This document shows positions 25,461 through 39,494 of a DNA stretch of 64,000 nt, in pieces. The position numbers and the translations under genes are program-made. The stretch spans positions 2,542,001 through 2,606,000 of the forward strand of contig OX597819.1 of NCBI GenBank assembly GCA_951406725.2, read 5' to 3'. This DNA comes from Octopus vulgaris. Taxonomy: Eukaryota. The stretch's first letter is position 1; the number at the start of each line of letters is the position of its first letter. Below the pieces are notes generated by a model, which saw only the letters and a list, made by a program, of their open reading frames with translations, had not been told where the DNA came from and did no database searches.

Positions 25461-28399
25461 GAGCGAGAGTGTAACAAAGATCTATTTTAGTATGTGTACG
25501 CAGAGGAAATTCCAAATTTTGTATGGTATTTAAGGAAGACCTTAAACTCTTGAAGAAAATATACAAAGTGAATGTTGCATCGTTTTTAAGATTGGAAGAT
25601 ATACCAATGTTGATTTGTATATAAATATCTTTCATTTGAACTTGTTCAGATAGCACTCAGTGATTAGCTGTCTCTGTCCAACCAGCCTCATTTATTATAT
25701 TTTTCTTCTATAATTTCTGGAAAGCACTAAAATAATCAAGTTCTTGATTCTTTAGAGTTCGTACACAGTTGCTACTGCTAGCTCACTCTCATAGTTTTAT
25801 GTCATAATTGCTCCTGCGTCTCTTCAGAAGTAAGATTATTATCACATCAACCTTTTATTAGCATATATTGTCTTACATTTATTTTCTATTAATGTGATGA
25901 ATAAAACAATTATGTTTCATGCTGTATTTAGTGTCAATCAGTAATTTAATCCCATTTATTACCCAGCTTTTCTAAGTATGCATCTACGGCGGAATATCAG
26001 TACCTAAGTAGCACTTAGTTCGTGGTTCACGGGAGGACAAAAAGCAATGTTGACAGCGGGAACTGAATTTAAAAGCTTAAGAAACATAAACAAATGTCAC
26101 GAGATATTTTGTCCAACCCTGTCCCGACACTTCCAATGCACTCCACCCATTATCAACATTATCAACATTATCAACCCCATGTAATTCCTTAAAATATCTA
26201 TACCTAATAACTCTGAATTTTATCTGAAAGATTCTATGTTTATGTCTTTGGCTCCTCTGTTTCATCAAGTAAAGTATATTTTTCTTGTTGTTATATATAT
26301 ATATATATATATTACGATTAACTTTTTCTTAATTACAGAATTAGTTTTATAGACATACAATTATTACTGCCAAGTGTTATTTTCAAATAATCAATAAAAC
26401 ATCAACTGGAAAACACTGGTTGCCAATCATTTACACATGAGCCCATCACCAAACTACTGCCTCTCGCTTTTTATTTGCGAAGCTATCAATTTCTTGTTAG
26501 AATTTTTCCTCTGATATTTGTCATAAAAATCTTCCTTTTAAATTTAGTACTAAAATAAAATCTTCATTGTAGTTCTTAATGATTGCGTTTTGAGTTATTG
26601 CCAGGAAATTAACATATTTTTATAAATCCTGTTCAATTTAAAATTATCTAAATTTCCATATGTTTGCCAGTTCCAGGACGCAGCTATTATCTTGCCAATT
26701 AAATTGAAAACAAATCTTGTAGAGGAAGATACATTTATCTATGCCGAGCCCTTGTCTGACAATTACGTGTAGAATTATATGATGAAGACTTATTAAACAT
26801 TCATTCCTGATATTTAACTTATTGTATTATTAAACAACTCCTGGTTGAATATTTTTAATTGGATTCTGTAATAAAATAAATGATACCAGCCTATTTACTG
26901 ACAGTAATCCCATGAGAAATGATCTGAAAGGGGGCTTCTGAGAATAAAAAAGGTCTGGTCTGGTCTGGTTTGGTCTGGTCTGGTACTTCCGATAAACAAT
27001 TGATGTTATCTTGAATGGTAAATGGCAACGTGACAGCTATCATATTTTGTAATTTATAACTCAAGCTAGACAATACATTTGTACAAATGTCGGATAGAGA
27101 ACTGTAACAGCTATTATTCTTCCATCGTTTTAGTCTTTAATAAATTATTTTGTGAACGCAACGATGCATTACATCAACTAACAATTTTAATAGTTTAGTT
27201 GTTCCTATTTAGATTTTAATAGTCAGACACTAAGCAAAACTGATCTTGTCCAAAATATTATATGCAAACGGTAGTCAATTACAAGTAAGCAATATATTAA
27301 TGTTTACCTATTTCTTTTATGATGAAAGCCGAAGAAAGTTCAGTAACGAGATGGCTTCCTTGATCTCTAGGTAACTGTCGTTATATGAAAGATGACTTCT
27401 CTTTAAAATATAACTTCTTATGAATCATGCACCTTTCATGAGTGAATGACATCATTCTGTCATAAATAAATAAATCATGTACCTCGAATCAAGGTCACAT
27501 ATTCAGAAGATTTAACACTACAAAGATTTTCGCCACAGAAATAACTCTAGCTGAAAACATACCGTGGATTTAAATGTACTGCAATAATAATGAATTGAAT
27601 TGTACTTATGTATGAATGTGAACTTGGGTGTACTTGATTACTTAAATTAGTGTTAGCAATTTTAATGTATGAAGCTTTAAAGTTAACTGGAAATAATTAA
27701 CACCTACACGTACGAGAGGAAATTCCAGACACGTTTCAGTATTATTCTAACCTCATCAGCAAACTATTATTTTTGCTATACTTGCATCAGTGGTGGTAAA
27801 TGATGCAGCAGCGCCATCTATGAAAAACAATTGTTAAATCAGTGTTAACCTAGATAATTCAGAGAGAATTAAACAACTTAAAATGCTTAATCGGGGAGAA
27901 AAACTATTATTTGCTGATGAAACCAGAATAAAACAGAAATCCTAGGTCGTTGTTTTCAGTACTTCTGAAAATTTGAAACAACATTAACTATTGATTAACA
28001 TTGTTTTTTTTACATCTGCACAAAATTATTTGTTTAATTGTTTTCATAAGTAGTTAACAAATTTTGATATACCTAGAAGTTTATTCTTCAGATGAAAAAC
28101 CTGTGAAAATGCATTTTATTCCACTTAAGTATGTGTATTTTAAATGCTGTTCCAGTACTTTGTATATTCAAAACATTGTGTTCTTTTTGGAGCTGGGGAT
28201 TCCTTAGGAATTTCTCTTAATACACCCAAAGCGTTTTTCTCCGTTCTTCTGGCATTTTGGCGAGCCACTATGCTGGCATGGGGTGGACGGTTTGACTGAG
28301 AACTGGAAAGCCGGGAGGCTGTACCAGGCTCCAATCTGATTTAGCAAGGTTTCTACAGCTGGATGCCCTTCGTAACGCCAACTACTCCGAGAGTGTAGT

Positions 28400-28720
28400 G
28401 GGTGCTTTTACATACCACTGGCATGAGTGCCAGTCAGACGGTACTGAACATTGGTCACGCTCAATGGTGCTTTTTACATGTCACAGCACGGGTCAGATGG
28501 GTGTCATCGACCACGCTCGAATATGCTTCTTGCGTGCCATCGGCACGGGTGCCAGTCAAGCAGCACTGGCATCGGCCACGCTTGAATGGTGCTTTTTACG
28601 TGCCACCGGCACGGGTGCCAGTCAGGCGGCACTGTCATTGACCACGCTCGAATGGTCCTTTTTACGTGCCACCGGCAAGGGTGCCAGTCAGGTAGCACAG
28701 GCATTGGCCACGACTACGAT
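28400..28720. repeat. 66-bp tandem repeat, about 5 copies
   Basis: gtgccagtca recurs at 28427, 28549, 28615 and 28681 (last spacings 66 bp). Confidence 0.9.
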
Positions 28721-29504
28721 TTCACTCGGTTCAACAAGTCTTCGCAAGCACGGCATATTACCCAACGATTGAAGGGTGCTTTTAAACGGGTCAGTTATGC
28801 GACATCCATGTAGACACATTTCTCTCCTATGACATCGTGATTTTCTCTCACACACTTGTCATGCAATTCGAAACACTTCAAGTCTCTGGTCCTCACGACG
28901 CAGAACATTGGCAAATTTCTTCTTATCTGTTTCCTCTCTGACAAAGTAAACATGTCTCCTAGCTTCCCTTCTGGCGATCTTATGCAGTTCTCTGCTACCA
29001 CCACACTTCCAGTCCTTCCATGCCTGTTTCTTTTCAACTACACTGTTCCACCACCATGTCACCTTAGGTTGAGAGGGGACTTTGCACCACCACAGATCTG
29101 GTCAGTAGCCCTCAACAGGTTGTCCCGTAGGAACCTCCAGTTGTCCTCCACATTACGTGATGCTATAACCTCCTCTTTCTCGTCAAATCCGTTGCCACCA
29201 TGCACACCATGGAAGCTCCCTGTACGTTGTCCAGCATTCCCATTGAAGTCGCCAGCTACAAAGAGAGGGTCCCTGTTATTCGTCTGCAAGAGGGTGTCAT
29301 AAAATCGGTCTTTCTGTTCGAGGTAGCCCTAGCTGAATGGCATAGGCCGAGATAATGGTTGCTAATCCATGTTGCAGCACTAGTCTAAGCTTAAGTATTC
29401 TATCACAGACGGACTACCTCGATTATCTTATCAACCCGTTCTTCGGCAAGGAGTATACCCATGCCCCCAACGCCATCGGAGTTCCATACCCAGAAAATCT
29501 TATA

Positions 29505-29732
29505 CAGTAATCCCTCGACTATTGCGGGTGTATCGTTCCAAACCTCTTCCTCCTCCCGCGTTAAGTGAAAATCCGCGAAGTAGAAACAGTACTGTACTGT
29601 ACATTTTTTATTATTTTTATAATTTATATATATTTATTTTATAATAAATGCAAAACAACACCACGGAGGAATCAATGTAAGCTTAAATAATAAACCGCGA
29701 TAGGTGAATCGCGATATGACAAGTGATTACTG
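29505..29732. mobile_element. Tigger/pogo-like MITE nested in the RTE element
   Basis: Imperfect terminal inverted repeats cagtaatccctcgactattgcg / cgcgatatgacaagtgattactg, preceded by TA. Splits the endonuclease coding region at YKIFW. Confidence 0.75.
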
Positions 29733-30319
29733 TCCTCTTTGCTTGTGAAGAACCTAGCAGAACTTCCTTTCCACCTTCTTGGATGCAGCACAAATCTACA
29801 CGTCTCCCTTCAAGCATCTCAACAATCTCACCAGACCTACCTTTCAATGTGCCAACTCTGAGGGTGTGGAAGGTGTGTGCCAGCGAGACCCTGGGGATGG
29901 GGGACAGCAGCATTATGCACCTGAAAAGAAAGCTCACATGTGTGTTTGGCAGACCTGGTAAATATACAAATAGGCTTCAACCTGCATACACTTGACCATC
30001 AATATATTCGCTTCATAGTCATTACGTTCAACGGGAGATAGACATTAGATAGGGATGGATGGGGAAGAGGGGAAGCATTCCGTATAGTTAACCGTCAGAG
30101 GTGCTCAGGAGAAAGACTTCCGGTAGAGATGGCGGGTGGGGTATGGAAGGGTGCACTGCGAACAGCAAAACCCTATGGCTGCCCTATTCTCTAGCTACAA
30201 CCGATGAGGCATAGCTACAGACAAAGCAAGCCACTAATTAAACAATCAACATCAGAAAACAAATGGTTAGCAAAACAGAGAGAGAGAGAGAGACAGAGAG
30301 AGAGAGAGTGTGTGTGTGT

Positions 30320-30357
<38 letters not shown>

Positions 30358-30728
30358 TGAAATTTTCGAGAATTGGGGCTAGTCGAAAAAACAATGGAAC
30401 ATTTGGATAAGAGAGCAGGTAACATAATAAAACAAAGGAAGAGATGGAATTTTCGAGATTTAGAGCAAAGAGTACACAGAACTGAACAACTGTATTTCTT
30501 CACTTAGCTACAACATGCTGCTAAACAGTTAGCTAAATGAATAACAATAATAATTATAATGAGCGCTATAGAGTGAAACATAAGTGAATATTTGCGTTCT
30601 TAACTTTAACTATGGCTATAAAATACAGCATGGAGTAAGCCAAACTATGTGACAAAATAGATAAATAAATGAATAACAATAATAATTATAATGAGAGAAT
30701 GGAATACAGGATTTCTTAAGTTTACTAT

Positions 30729-31301
30729 GTGGAGACGCGTGGTTTAGTGGTTAGGGTGTCAGTATCATGATCGTAAGAGTGTGATTTCGATTCCTGGACC
30801 GGGCGACGCGTTGTGTTCTTGAGCAAAACATTTCATTTCACGTTGCTCCAGTCCACTCAGCTGGCAAAAATGAGTAACGCTGCGATGGAGTGGTGTCCTG
30901 TCCAGCTGGGAAACATATACGCCATTGAAACCGGGAGACCGGGCCCATGAGCCTGGCTAAGCTTTAAAAGGGCATATTTATTTTTGTGGAGGCGCAATGG
31001 TCCAGTGGTTAGGGCAGCGAACTCGCGGTCGGATGATCGCGGTTTCGATTCCCAGACCGGGCGTTGTGTGTGTTTATTGAGTGAAAACGCCTAAAGCTCA
31101 ACGAGGCTCCGGCAGAGGGTGGTGGTGACCCCTGTTGTACTCTTTAACCCCAACTTTTTCTCACTCTTTCTTCCTGTTTCTTGAGTAACGCTGCGATGGA
31201 CTGGCGTCTCGTCCAGCTGGGGGGAACACATACGCCACACAAACAGGGAAATTGGGCCCATGAACCTGGCTAGGCTTGAAAAGGGCGCATAAATAAAATA
31301 A
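30729..31301 (+). mobile_element. Head-to-tail pair of tRNA-derived SINEs (B then B') with shared tail and one 12-bp TSD
   Basis: Two A/B-box heads (about 30729 and 30986), both ending in tgagtaacgctgcgatgga...gggcccatga..ctggcta..gctt..aaagggc. taagtttactat occurs at 30717-30728 and 31302-31313. Confidence 0.85.
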
Positions 31302-32345
31302 TAAGTTTACTATAACATATTGCATGGAATAAACGATACTGAGTGGGTACCTAGATAAATTAATGAATAATAATAGTAATTATAATTAGCGCTATAAAAT
31401 GAGGATTAGATGTGTGCCAGGTTGGAAAAAAGAAATTTGACACCCACAACCCCTTTATGGTCAGTGGCAGGCTTTTGGCGAGTACTACTATATTTGTTTT
31501 GGAAACTGTGAGCGGAGGAAGTATTTACAAATATACAAACCAAAAGGTACCAACAGCATTGCTAATTATTTTAAACCTGAAGTATCAGCATCAATCTAAT
31601 TAGTTTCCATGTATTCATATAAATACAAAACAGTTTGCAGAAATAGTTAGAACAAGCACTCGGGGACTATAGATTAATAAACTATTACAGTTAAAACTAC
31701 AATATGACTAAGACTACACTTAATCCTAAATTATAGGACTGGGTATCATTGGTACCACTACAATAATAGGCCGCTAAGATATAATTCTTGAATAGGGTGG
31801 TAGAGTAAATTAGACAAATGCTAAGGGAAGAAGATAAACCCAAAACAAAATCAAATAAAAGCAAGGCAAAACAAAAGCAACAAAAACAAAAGGAAAATAA
31901 AAAAGAAAAATAAGGGAATGGATATATGAAACGTAAGAAATAAAAAGTGAAAAAGATATCTTCCTATCATCAAATAAACAGAGAGAAGAAGCAAGGAAAG
32001 GAAATCTATAATTCAAGCAATTAAGAAAATTGACAAGCATCAATTAATTTAAATATGCATTATCTCTAATTTTGACTAGGAAGGTGTACAGGTGTTATCA
32101 TATCCTTTTATTTGTTCACATGATTAATTATCGAGAGAATGATGAAAAGGTTTTGTTCTGAATTTGTTTACATCTTGCTGCTAGTTCTTGCCTCTTATTC
32201 GGAATGTTTTACTCTGGCATAAGTATTAACAATGACTCCTCCGGGCAAAGTTCACATCTAGTTTTCTCTATGTCGTAAAGAAGTCTACTGCTCAGTATTG
32301 ACCACTTACTTTATACTGTTAACTTTGATTTCCAAATTAGCTTGC

Positions 32346-32416
<71 letters not shown>

Positions 32417-32999
32417 TGTGTGTGCGCGTGCGTGTGTGCGTGTGTGTATAACGAGAGAAAATGGGGAGAGGGGCACAAGCATGATGGCATTGTATTGAGA
32501 AGTTCGCACCTCCATGATTCTGGCTTCGATTACACTGCCGGGCACCTTGGGCAAGTGTCTGGGTTGGACATGTGTTTGCACCCCTTAGCAAATTTAAACC
32601 GTATAAAAGACAATTTTTCAAATGTTCTTAAATTGAATGAAATGCTTCTTAAATCTTTTTATCTAGTTTCTGTCTGACGCTCAAAGTCAAAATCCGTATC
32701 GTTTCATATTCGACATGTGGATTGTCACTGATGACGGGTCAACGAGATCATGTGAAAAATGAAAAGTTATATGTTAAAGAAATTTGTGCTGAGTCTAATA
32801 AAATATTTTATTTATGACTGCGTGTACGTATGAGCATGCGTGGATGCCCGAATTCGCACACATGTATGCACATGGACCACTGATACACACTACACACACA
32901 TGCACATACGTACATAAATATATATACGCATACACTCATGTACGCACGCAAATAATGTATATACATACATGTATGTATAGACTGAACCAAAAAGCTCTC

Positions 33000-33412
33000 G
33001 GTCTTATACAAAACGAGCAAAACGCCCCCCCCCCCCCCCGTTCAATGGACGGTGCTGAGTTGTCAAACATTTAAACCAAATTTTCTCAAAACAGCTTGTC
33101 CGACCGTCCCATAGTCCTCCCCTTTGAGAAACACTGATTTAACCTAAATCTGAGACACCAGCAAAAGGAGAAATAAAGATAGACTTTTTTCTATTCCTAA
33201 GAAAAACGATTTTACTGCGCGTGAAAATGCACGTTCCCAGGCTTTATAGATCGCATTCTCACCTGGAATCGATTTTTGTAATTTCTACAAGACTTATACA
33301 CGCCCTGATACCGTCGGTATCTACATATCAAATTTGAGCGCAATCGGATGGAGGATACCCGAGATCATAGAAGACACACACACACAAACAGAACGGATTT
33401 TATATAATAGAT
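33000..33412 (+). mobile_element. Probable non-autonomous Helentron/HINE-like element end
   Basis: caaatttgagcgcaatcgg...acacacaaacaga...ttttatataatagat terminus, similar in form to the element ending at 63921. Confidence 0.45.
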
Positions 33413-34019
33413 TACTAATAAAAAAAAAATAAAGATGTGGTAAAGAAAAAAAGGAAATCCAGTTTCCACCAATTTTCATAAAAATGAAAGAAAGAAAAAC
33501 GAGAAAGTAAGAGAAATACTAGGAATTACAACCGTGTTTCGTGGTCTGCTACCACAACAGCTCCTTTATAGGATCGAGTTAGCTCAAGGAGGAACCACCT
33601 CCGGTTTCGGCCCTACTCCTCTACCGTTTTGACGTGGCGGGCCCCACTCCCTTTCGGAGGTGTCTTCAGCTCTGGTGTTGGGTGCATGTCTTCTTTCTTC
33701 TTCTTTCTTCTGTTCCCTGGCCTCTTCGATGTATCGTCAGTGAGTGTCAGCCGGTGACTGACTGATTGTCAAATTTTTCCCTTTAAATACCTGCCACGAG
33801 GCTCCAGCAGGCAGCCCCAGCAAGTTGTCACGTGACACTGTCTCACCTTAACTGACTAGTGAAGGTGCGTAGGTTTAGCCCGCGCATTCTCTAAATGACT
33901 GGCACCTGTCAGTCAGCGAAACTGATTCAGTGTCAGCTTGTCTCACCTAATAATGTTATTTCCCGCCGGCATGTTATGACATTCAAGCCAATTTTGGTCT
34001 TCCTACTTCGGCCATATAT

Positions 34020-34440
34020 ATAGAAGCTGGTTTTTTCGACCGATTCCTGTACTCTCCTTATTAGTTTTCGCAGCTCGGAGCTAGAAAAACACAAATCTTC
34101 TTTTGAAAAGCGTTGTCATTTTCCTTTCAATGAAGCCTCTAGCCCCACTGCCAGGTGATAATATTCGACATTCCATCCCTGTTCTCTGAATTCTTCGATT
34201 AGCTTTTCGTACCTCTTCTTCTTTCGTTCCTCTGCATTGCCGATGTTCTCTTCCGAAGGTACTGTCAGATCTAGTAAAATTCCTATTCTCCGGTCTCTGT
34301 TCCATAGGACTAAATCTGGTCTTTTTGTCGTTGTTATTAGTGGAAATATTACTTGTCTTTCCAAGTCCGTGGCCACCTTCCAGTCTAATGGTTTCATTCC
34401 AGCCCAAGATAACTTTTCAAGACATAATTCTTTTTTCTAT
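34020..34440 (-). mobile_element. HERO-like non-LTR retrotransposon restriction-like endonuclease fragment
   Basis: DWKVATDLERQVIFPLITTTKRPDLVLW...LDLTVPSEEN...ERKKKRYEKL...AVG(A)RGF. Confidence 0.8.
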
Positions 34441-34723
34441 TGGTAATATTGGTGTTCGTTCTTTTGTTGTTTTTTTAAGCAGAATTATCAGTTTCGGAAT
34501 TTTAAAATTTTAATGAAATAACTTATTTAAAAAATGAACAGTCAAGTCCTCTATATCGCCTGATGAAATTGTGTTGTTACGTAGCAGAGTAACATAATAT
34601 TATGTATTATTATGCATTATTGAATAAATGACTACGTTATGGAGACACATGTAACAAAAATTTAAGTTGTCCATTTTTGTTCCTTTATTATATATCTCTC
34701 TCTTACTCTCTCTCTCTCTCTCT

Positions 34724-35099
34724 CTTACTTGTTTCAGTCATTTGACTGCGGCCATACTGGAGCACCGCCTTTAGTCGAGCAAATCGACCCCGGGACTTAT
34801 TCTTTGTAAGCCTAGTACTTATTCTATCGGTCTCTTTTGCCGAACCGCTAAGTTACGAGGACGTAAACATACCAGCATCGGGTGTCAAGCGATGCTGGGG
34901 GAGACAAACACACACATATATATATACATATATACGATGAGCTTCTTTCAGTTTCTGTCTACCAAATCCACTCACAAGGCTTTGGTCGGCCCGAGGCTAT
35001 AGTCGAAGACACTTGCCCAAGGTGCCACGCAATGGGACTGGACCTGGAACCATGTGGTTGGTAAGCAAGCTACATACTACACAGCCACTCCTGCGCCTA
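34724..35099 (-). mobile_element. tRNA/CORE-like SINE, family C (near full length)
   Basis: Minus-strand head aggcgcaggagtggctgtgtagt..., CORE-like caccttgggcaagtgtctt, internal microsatellite, tail ...gactgaaacaagtaa. Confidence 0.85.
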
Positions 35100-35104
35100 T
35101 ACCG

Positions 35105-35880
35105 GGAATTAATCACAACAACCGATATGCAAATGAGACTACATTATTAACAGTGAGTACAAATGAGTTACAGCAAATGACCGATGCAATTAATGGAAAG
35201 GGAGATCCATACGGAATAGAAATACACACCAAAAAGACGAAAACTATGGCACTCAGTAAGAAACAGACACCTCCCACCTTCAATATAATCATAAATGGAA
35301 TACCAATAGAACAAATTTTAAATATAGTATCTCTTGGCTTTATGTAATGTGAAAATGGTAAAAGTAAAACTGAAATTAGACGAAAATAGAAATTGCAAGA
35401 AAACATTCGAAAATATGTCAAAAGCTTTAACATCAAATAATATACTGGCAAAAAACAAGCAAAAACAGGCCGTGTAAATGCGACATATGGGGTAGAAACA
35501 TGGACATTGACGAAAACTGTATTTGACAAACTAGTAACTTTTTCAAATGAAGACAGAGAAGAATGTTAAGAATATCTTGGAAGAAACATAAACCTAATGG
35601 ACTAGCAAATGCAAAAAGATCATTATTCTCAGTTATTAAACAAAAGAAGCTAAAGTATTTTGGTCACATAGTAAGAGCACAAGGTATAGAAAAACTATTT
35701 ACTAGAAAGAAAGATAAATGGAAAACGCTCGTGAGGAAGAACTAGAATAAATTGATTTAATAACATCAAGTACTGGACCGAACTATCGTATGATGAATGT
35801 TTAAGAATGGCAGAGAAAAGACACGAATGGAGATACTTGATATTCAAACTGCTAACAGCTGATGACACTGAGTGAGGATG
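35105..35880 (+). mobile_element. RTE-clade LINE 3' fragment
   Basis: NNRYANETTL (RYADD-like), YGVETWTL, MLRISW, KLKYFGHIVR, then a (TGA)-like tail. Confidence 0.75.
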
Positions 35881-36018
35881 ATGAGTGATGTATGGATGTA
35901 TGTGTGTGTAGTATGTAAGTATATATACACATATGCATATATAATTTAAAATTCTATGAATATATATGTGTGTGTATACATATGTATATATGTATATAAT
36001 ATTTATACGTATTACGTA

Positions 36019-36072
<54 letters not shown>

Positions 36073-36202
36073 CATGTAATGTGCTTGTGTGTGTGTGTCT
36101 GTGTGTGTGTCTGTGTATGTGTGCGTATGAGTATGTGTGACGTGATGTAACAGTTACGAGTCCGACAGAGACTACACTTCATATTAATATTACCTTAACC
36201 CA

Positions 36203-36400
36203 AGGTGGCGATTTGGCAGAACCGTTAGCACGCCGGACAAAATGCTTAGCGGCGTTTCGATCGACTTTAGATTCTGAGTTCAAATTCCGCCGAGGTTGAC
36301 TTTGCCATTCATCCTTTCGGGATTGATAAAATAAGTTCCATTTGAGTACTGGGGTCGATTTAATCAACCTATCTCTCCCCCGAAATCGCTGGCCTTGGTT
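36203..36400 (+). mobile_element. SINE family A copy
   Basis: Aligns by eye with 16685-16850. Confidence 0.8.
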
Positions 36401-39153
36401 CGTATAGAAGGTTATCAGGAAAGTAAGTACTTCTTTAGGGACTCACTACCGACCTGTAAGATGTTGATATCTTATTTTTATTGTTTAGCTGATGTTGTCT
36501 GAATAATACTCAAAGACTTCTGCACTGATCTTTAGCCTTTTCTTTCCTTTTTTCATTCGAGATAGAGTTTATAAATATCACCGTTTCTATGGAAGTTTAC
36601 AATGATGTCAAGATCTTTCGGCTTTTAAAATTCTATGGAATGGATTTCCTCTATAAACCAGTCAATTTTTGAATTTGTACAAAAGTTTACAGTAAAGCTG
36701 TGAATGCCATATTTTTTCACTTCTGATATTTTAATATTCTTTGTTTCGTAGCATCATTGTAAGATATAGATTCATCAATACATAGATATTTGCAGCACAG
36801 ATTCTGTGGAATAAGGGAGATCGAGAGACCAATGATGCAAACTTTTGGAAATAGTCTTATTTTCGTTTTCAGCTGTCAAATATGAATATTTCTTTTGACC
36901 AAATTCCATTCATATTTTAGCAGAAAATGTTACTAAATTCAGCTGTGTCGTCAGCATGTACGTATGCCAGCTCGAAGACAGAAATGTTCCCAATACTTTA
37001 AGACAGACATTGTAGGCGTTTCTATTTCATTAAATCAATTAAGTTGGTATATAAATTATTACCAACGCTGTTTTTAGCATATTTATATAATAACCACTTC
37101 AAAGCATGTTTGGCAGTCTAACATTAAATATCAAATTCATTAAATAATATTTGCTTTATAGATAACATTATAGCCTAAAAATATATTTTCTAAAATATAT
37201 AATCTAAAATATATTTAAAATAACTAATGCTATTGCCGTAAAATACATGATTATATAACATTAATGCAAATTAACCGATCTTACACATAAACAATTTTTT
37301 TGAAAATTAATTCGTGAAGGCATATCTATGTGAATGCGTGAATAATATTTATTTAAAAGTAATTACCTGCGCATATGTAATTGTATAGCTTTACTAAGAG
37401 TTGCGAGCATAAAGGATATTCTGTTATTTGTGAATTTGTCAGTGTTGGAAAGAAATATTATGAAAGCAAAACTGAGGTTGAACATGTTTCTTTGACAGTT
37501 GTAAGAATCTTCACTTCAAATGCAGGTGATAGGGTAACTTAATGGACGGCAATTGTGAGATGATAGTCAATACGATCGAACAAACGGAACTGAATATGAA
37601 AGTTGAATTCTGAAAATGATGTCTATTCTGATCCACTCACTTGGAACTTAACTTTCACAATGATAAAATATGGCATGAAAATAGAAAGGCTAGATATTTA
37701 TAATAAAAGAACGCAAAAAGCTGCAACGTATAGACATCTAAACTCAAACTACAGTTAAAATGTGTCTGAATAAAAAGCTATAATAAAATACTAATGTACA
37801 AAAATGTCAAAGCTTCGAAAGAGACATAAAGAAATGCCAAAATAAGCAATTCAGCGCCAGAATATAAAATTATAAAAGCCAATGGAAGATAAAATATCCT
37901 ATCAGGTGAATGGTTTGATTGGAGCTAATGGACATTATAGAGAACATAAATAGTTATGAAAACTATTCTTTGTGAAATTTATCAATAAATTACGTTCGTA
38001 TTTTCCTTAATTCTTCTCTTTTTGTATTTAAATATACTTGTTAATTTTAATACTTTTTTATAGATATTACAAGTATTACGCTATTTAGATGGTTTAATGA
38101 TATAAAGTGATGTGCGAGATCACTATAAGCAACTATCTCGCAGGCACCTTGGTAACCACATTTACAAATACTTGATTGTTCGAATTAAAATACCAATCAC
38201 AACTTATACGCACACATGCTCACACAAACATACACATTACATACATAAGTACACATTTTTATCTTACAAGAAGATTATCCAAACAGTTATAATCTTCGAA
38301 ATGTTCTTGATGATTCTGTTGCTTGTTGTTGTAACTATATTTTCATTATTTTCTTAATACAGATTTTTATCACTGCACCACAAAATACACTTCAAAGTGA
38401 CTCAGATCTGTGTAATACTTTTACTTGTATATGTAAATGTTTATAAGTGTTTTTATTTCTTTTTTAATTGATCCAACGATATCTGGTATTTATATATATT
38501 TGTAGTCGAGTAGATTAGGATAGAAATAATTTGAAACATAAACTGATATTTTGACATAATATTTCAAAATGCAGATCATTGAAGTGCCTGAGTTTGGTCA
38601 TGTGATTAAATGTTCAAAATTAAAATTTAATGCTAAATGTTATATTCAAATTACATATTGAACCCCGTTGTTTCGTAAATAATTTTAGAGTTTCATTAGT
38701 ACAGATACTTTTCAATTAATGTTGTTAAACCTCTAGACTATGCATGATAAAGATAGTGGATTCAAATAATAACATTTCACCCCGGACCAATATCACCCTC
38801 GTTTAATGCACCTTTTATGCAGATTTTGTTTTCCTAGTAGCTTACAACTCTATGGTGTTTTGGTTGACTGTATACATAAGTATTGACATAGTGTTTAAGA
38901 CTTAAGTTTAGGGATTACCTCCCTAAGATCATCTAGAACGCTTTTATTCATCTGGCAAGCCATTTCTCCTTTAAAAGTTTTCAGAATACAGGCGTGCAGA
39001 TATTTTGTTCCTTTTCGTTGGGGTGGATGGATGTTTTATACATACATGTGTATGCGTGATTGTGTGCATGTACATATGTGTGTGCCTGTGTGTGTATGTA
39101 TGTATGTATTTATATATATATATATATATAGTATAATATATCATTGATATATG

Positions 39154-39195
<42 letters not shown>

Positions 39196-39394
39196 ATTAT
39201 TTATATGTATGTGTGTGTATATTTTTTTCAGTACAAGCAAACAAAGCACGAGAAACAAAATGATGCATGCGTTTATTTTTAACATATTCCTGCACACTCG
39301 AATGTGAATGGCATTAGTTGAAAGGTTTTACTTCGAAGAACATTTCTCCCTACAGACTTTATATATGAAAGCACTCCAAGCTCCAAATGACGTC

Positions 39395-39427
<33 letters not shown>

Positions 39428-39444
39428 TGTATGTATGTATGTAT

Positions 39445-39494
<50 letters not shown>

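Larger units (their letters stand above)
28255..30200 (-). mobile_element. Internally deleted, decayed RTE-type LINE
   Basis: AP-endonuclease motifs VGTLKGRSGEIVEML...VDLCCIQE, YKIFW, PLFVAGDFNG and a TWWWN linker. The GC-rich 3' region carries a 66-bp tandem repeat. Confidence 0.8.

Noticed and set aside
28400-28720. Palindromic 66-bp periodic repeats considered as CRISPR
   Set aside because: The whole unit repeats with no variable spacer, and it lies within an RTE-type LINE.
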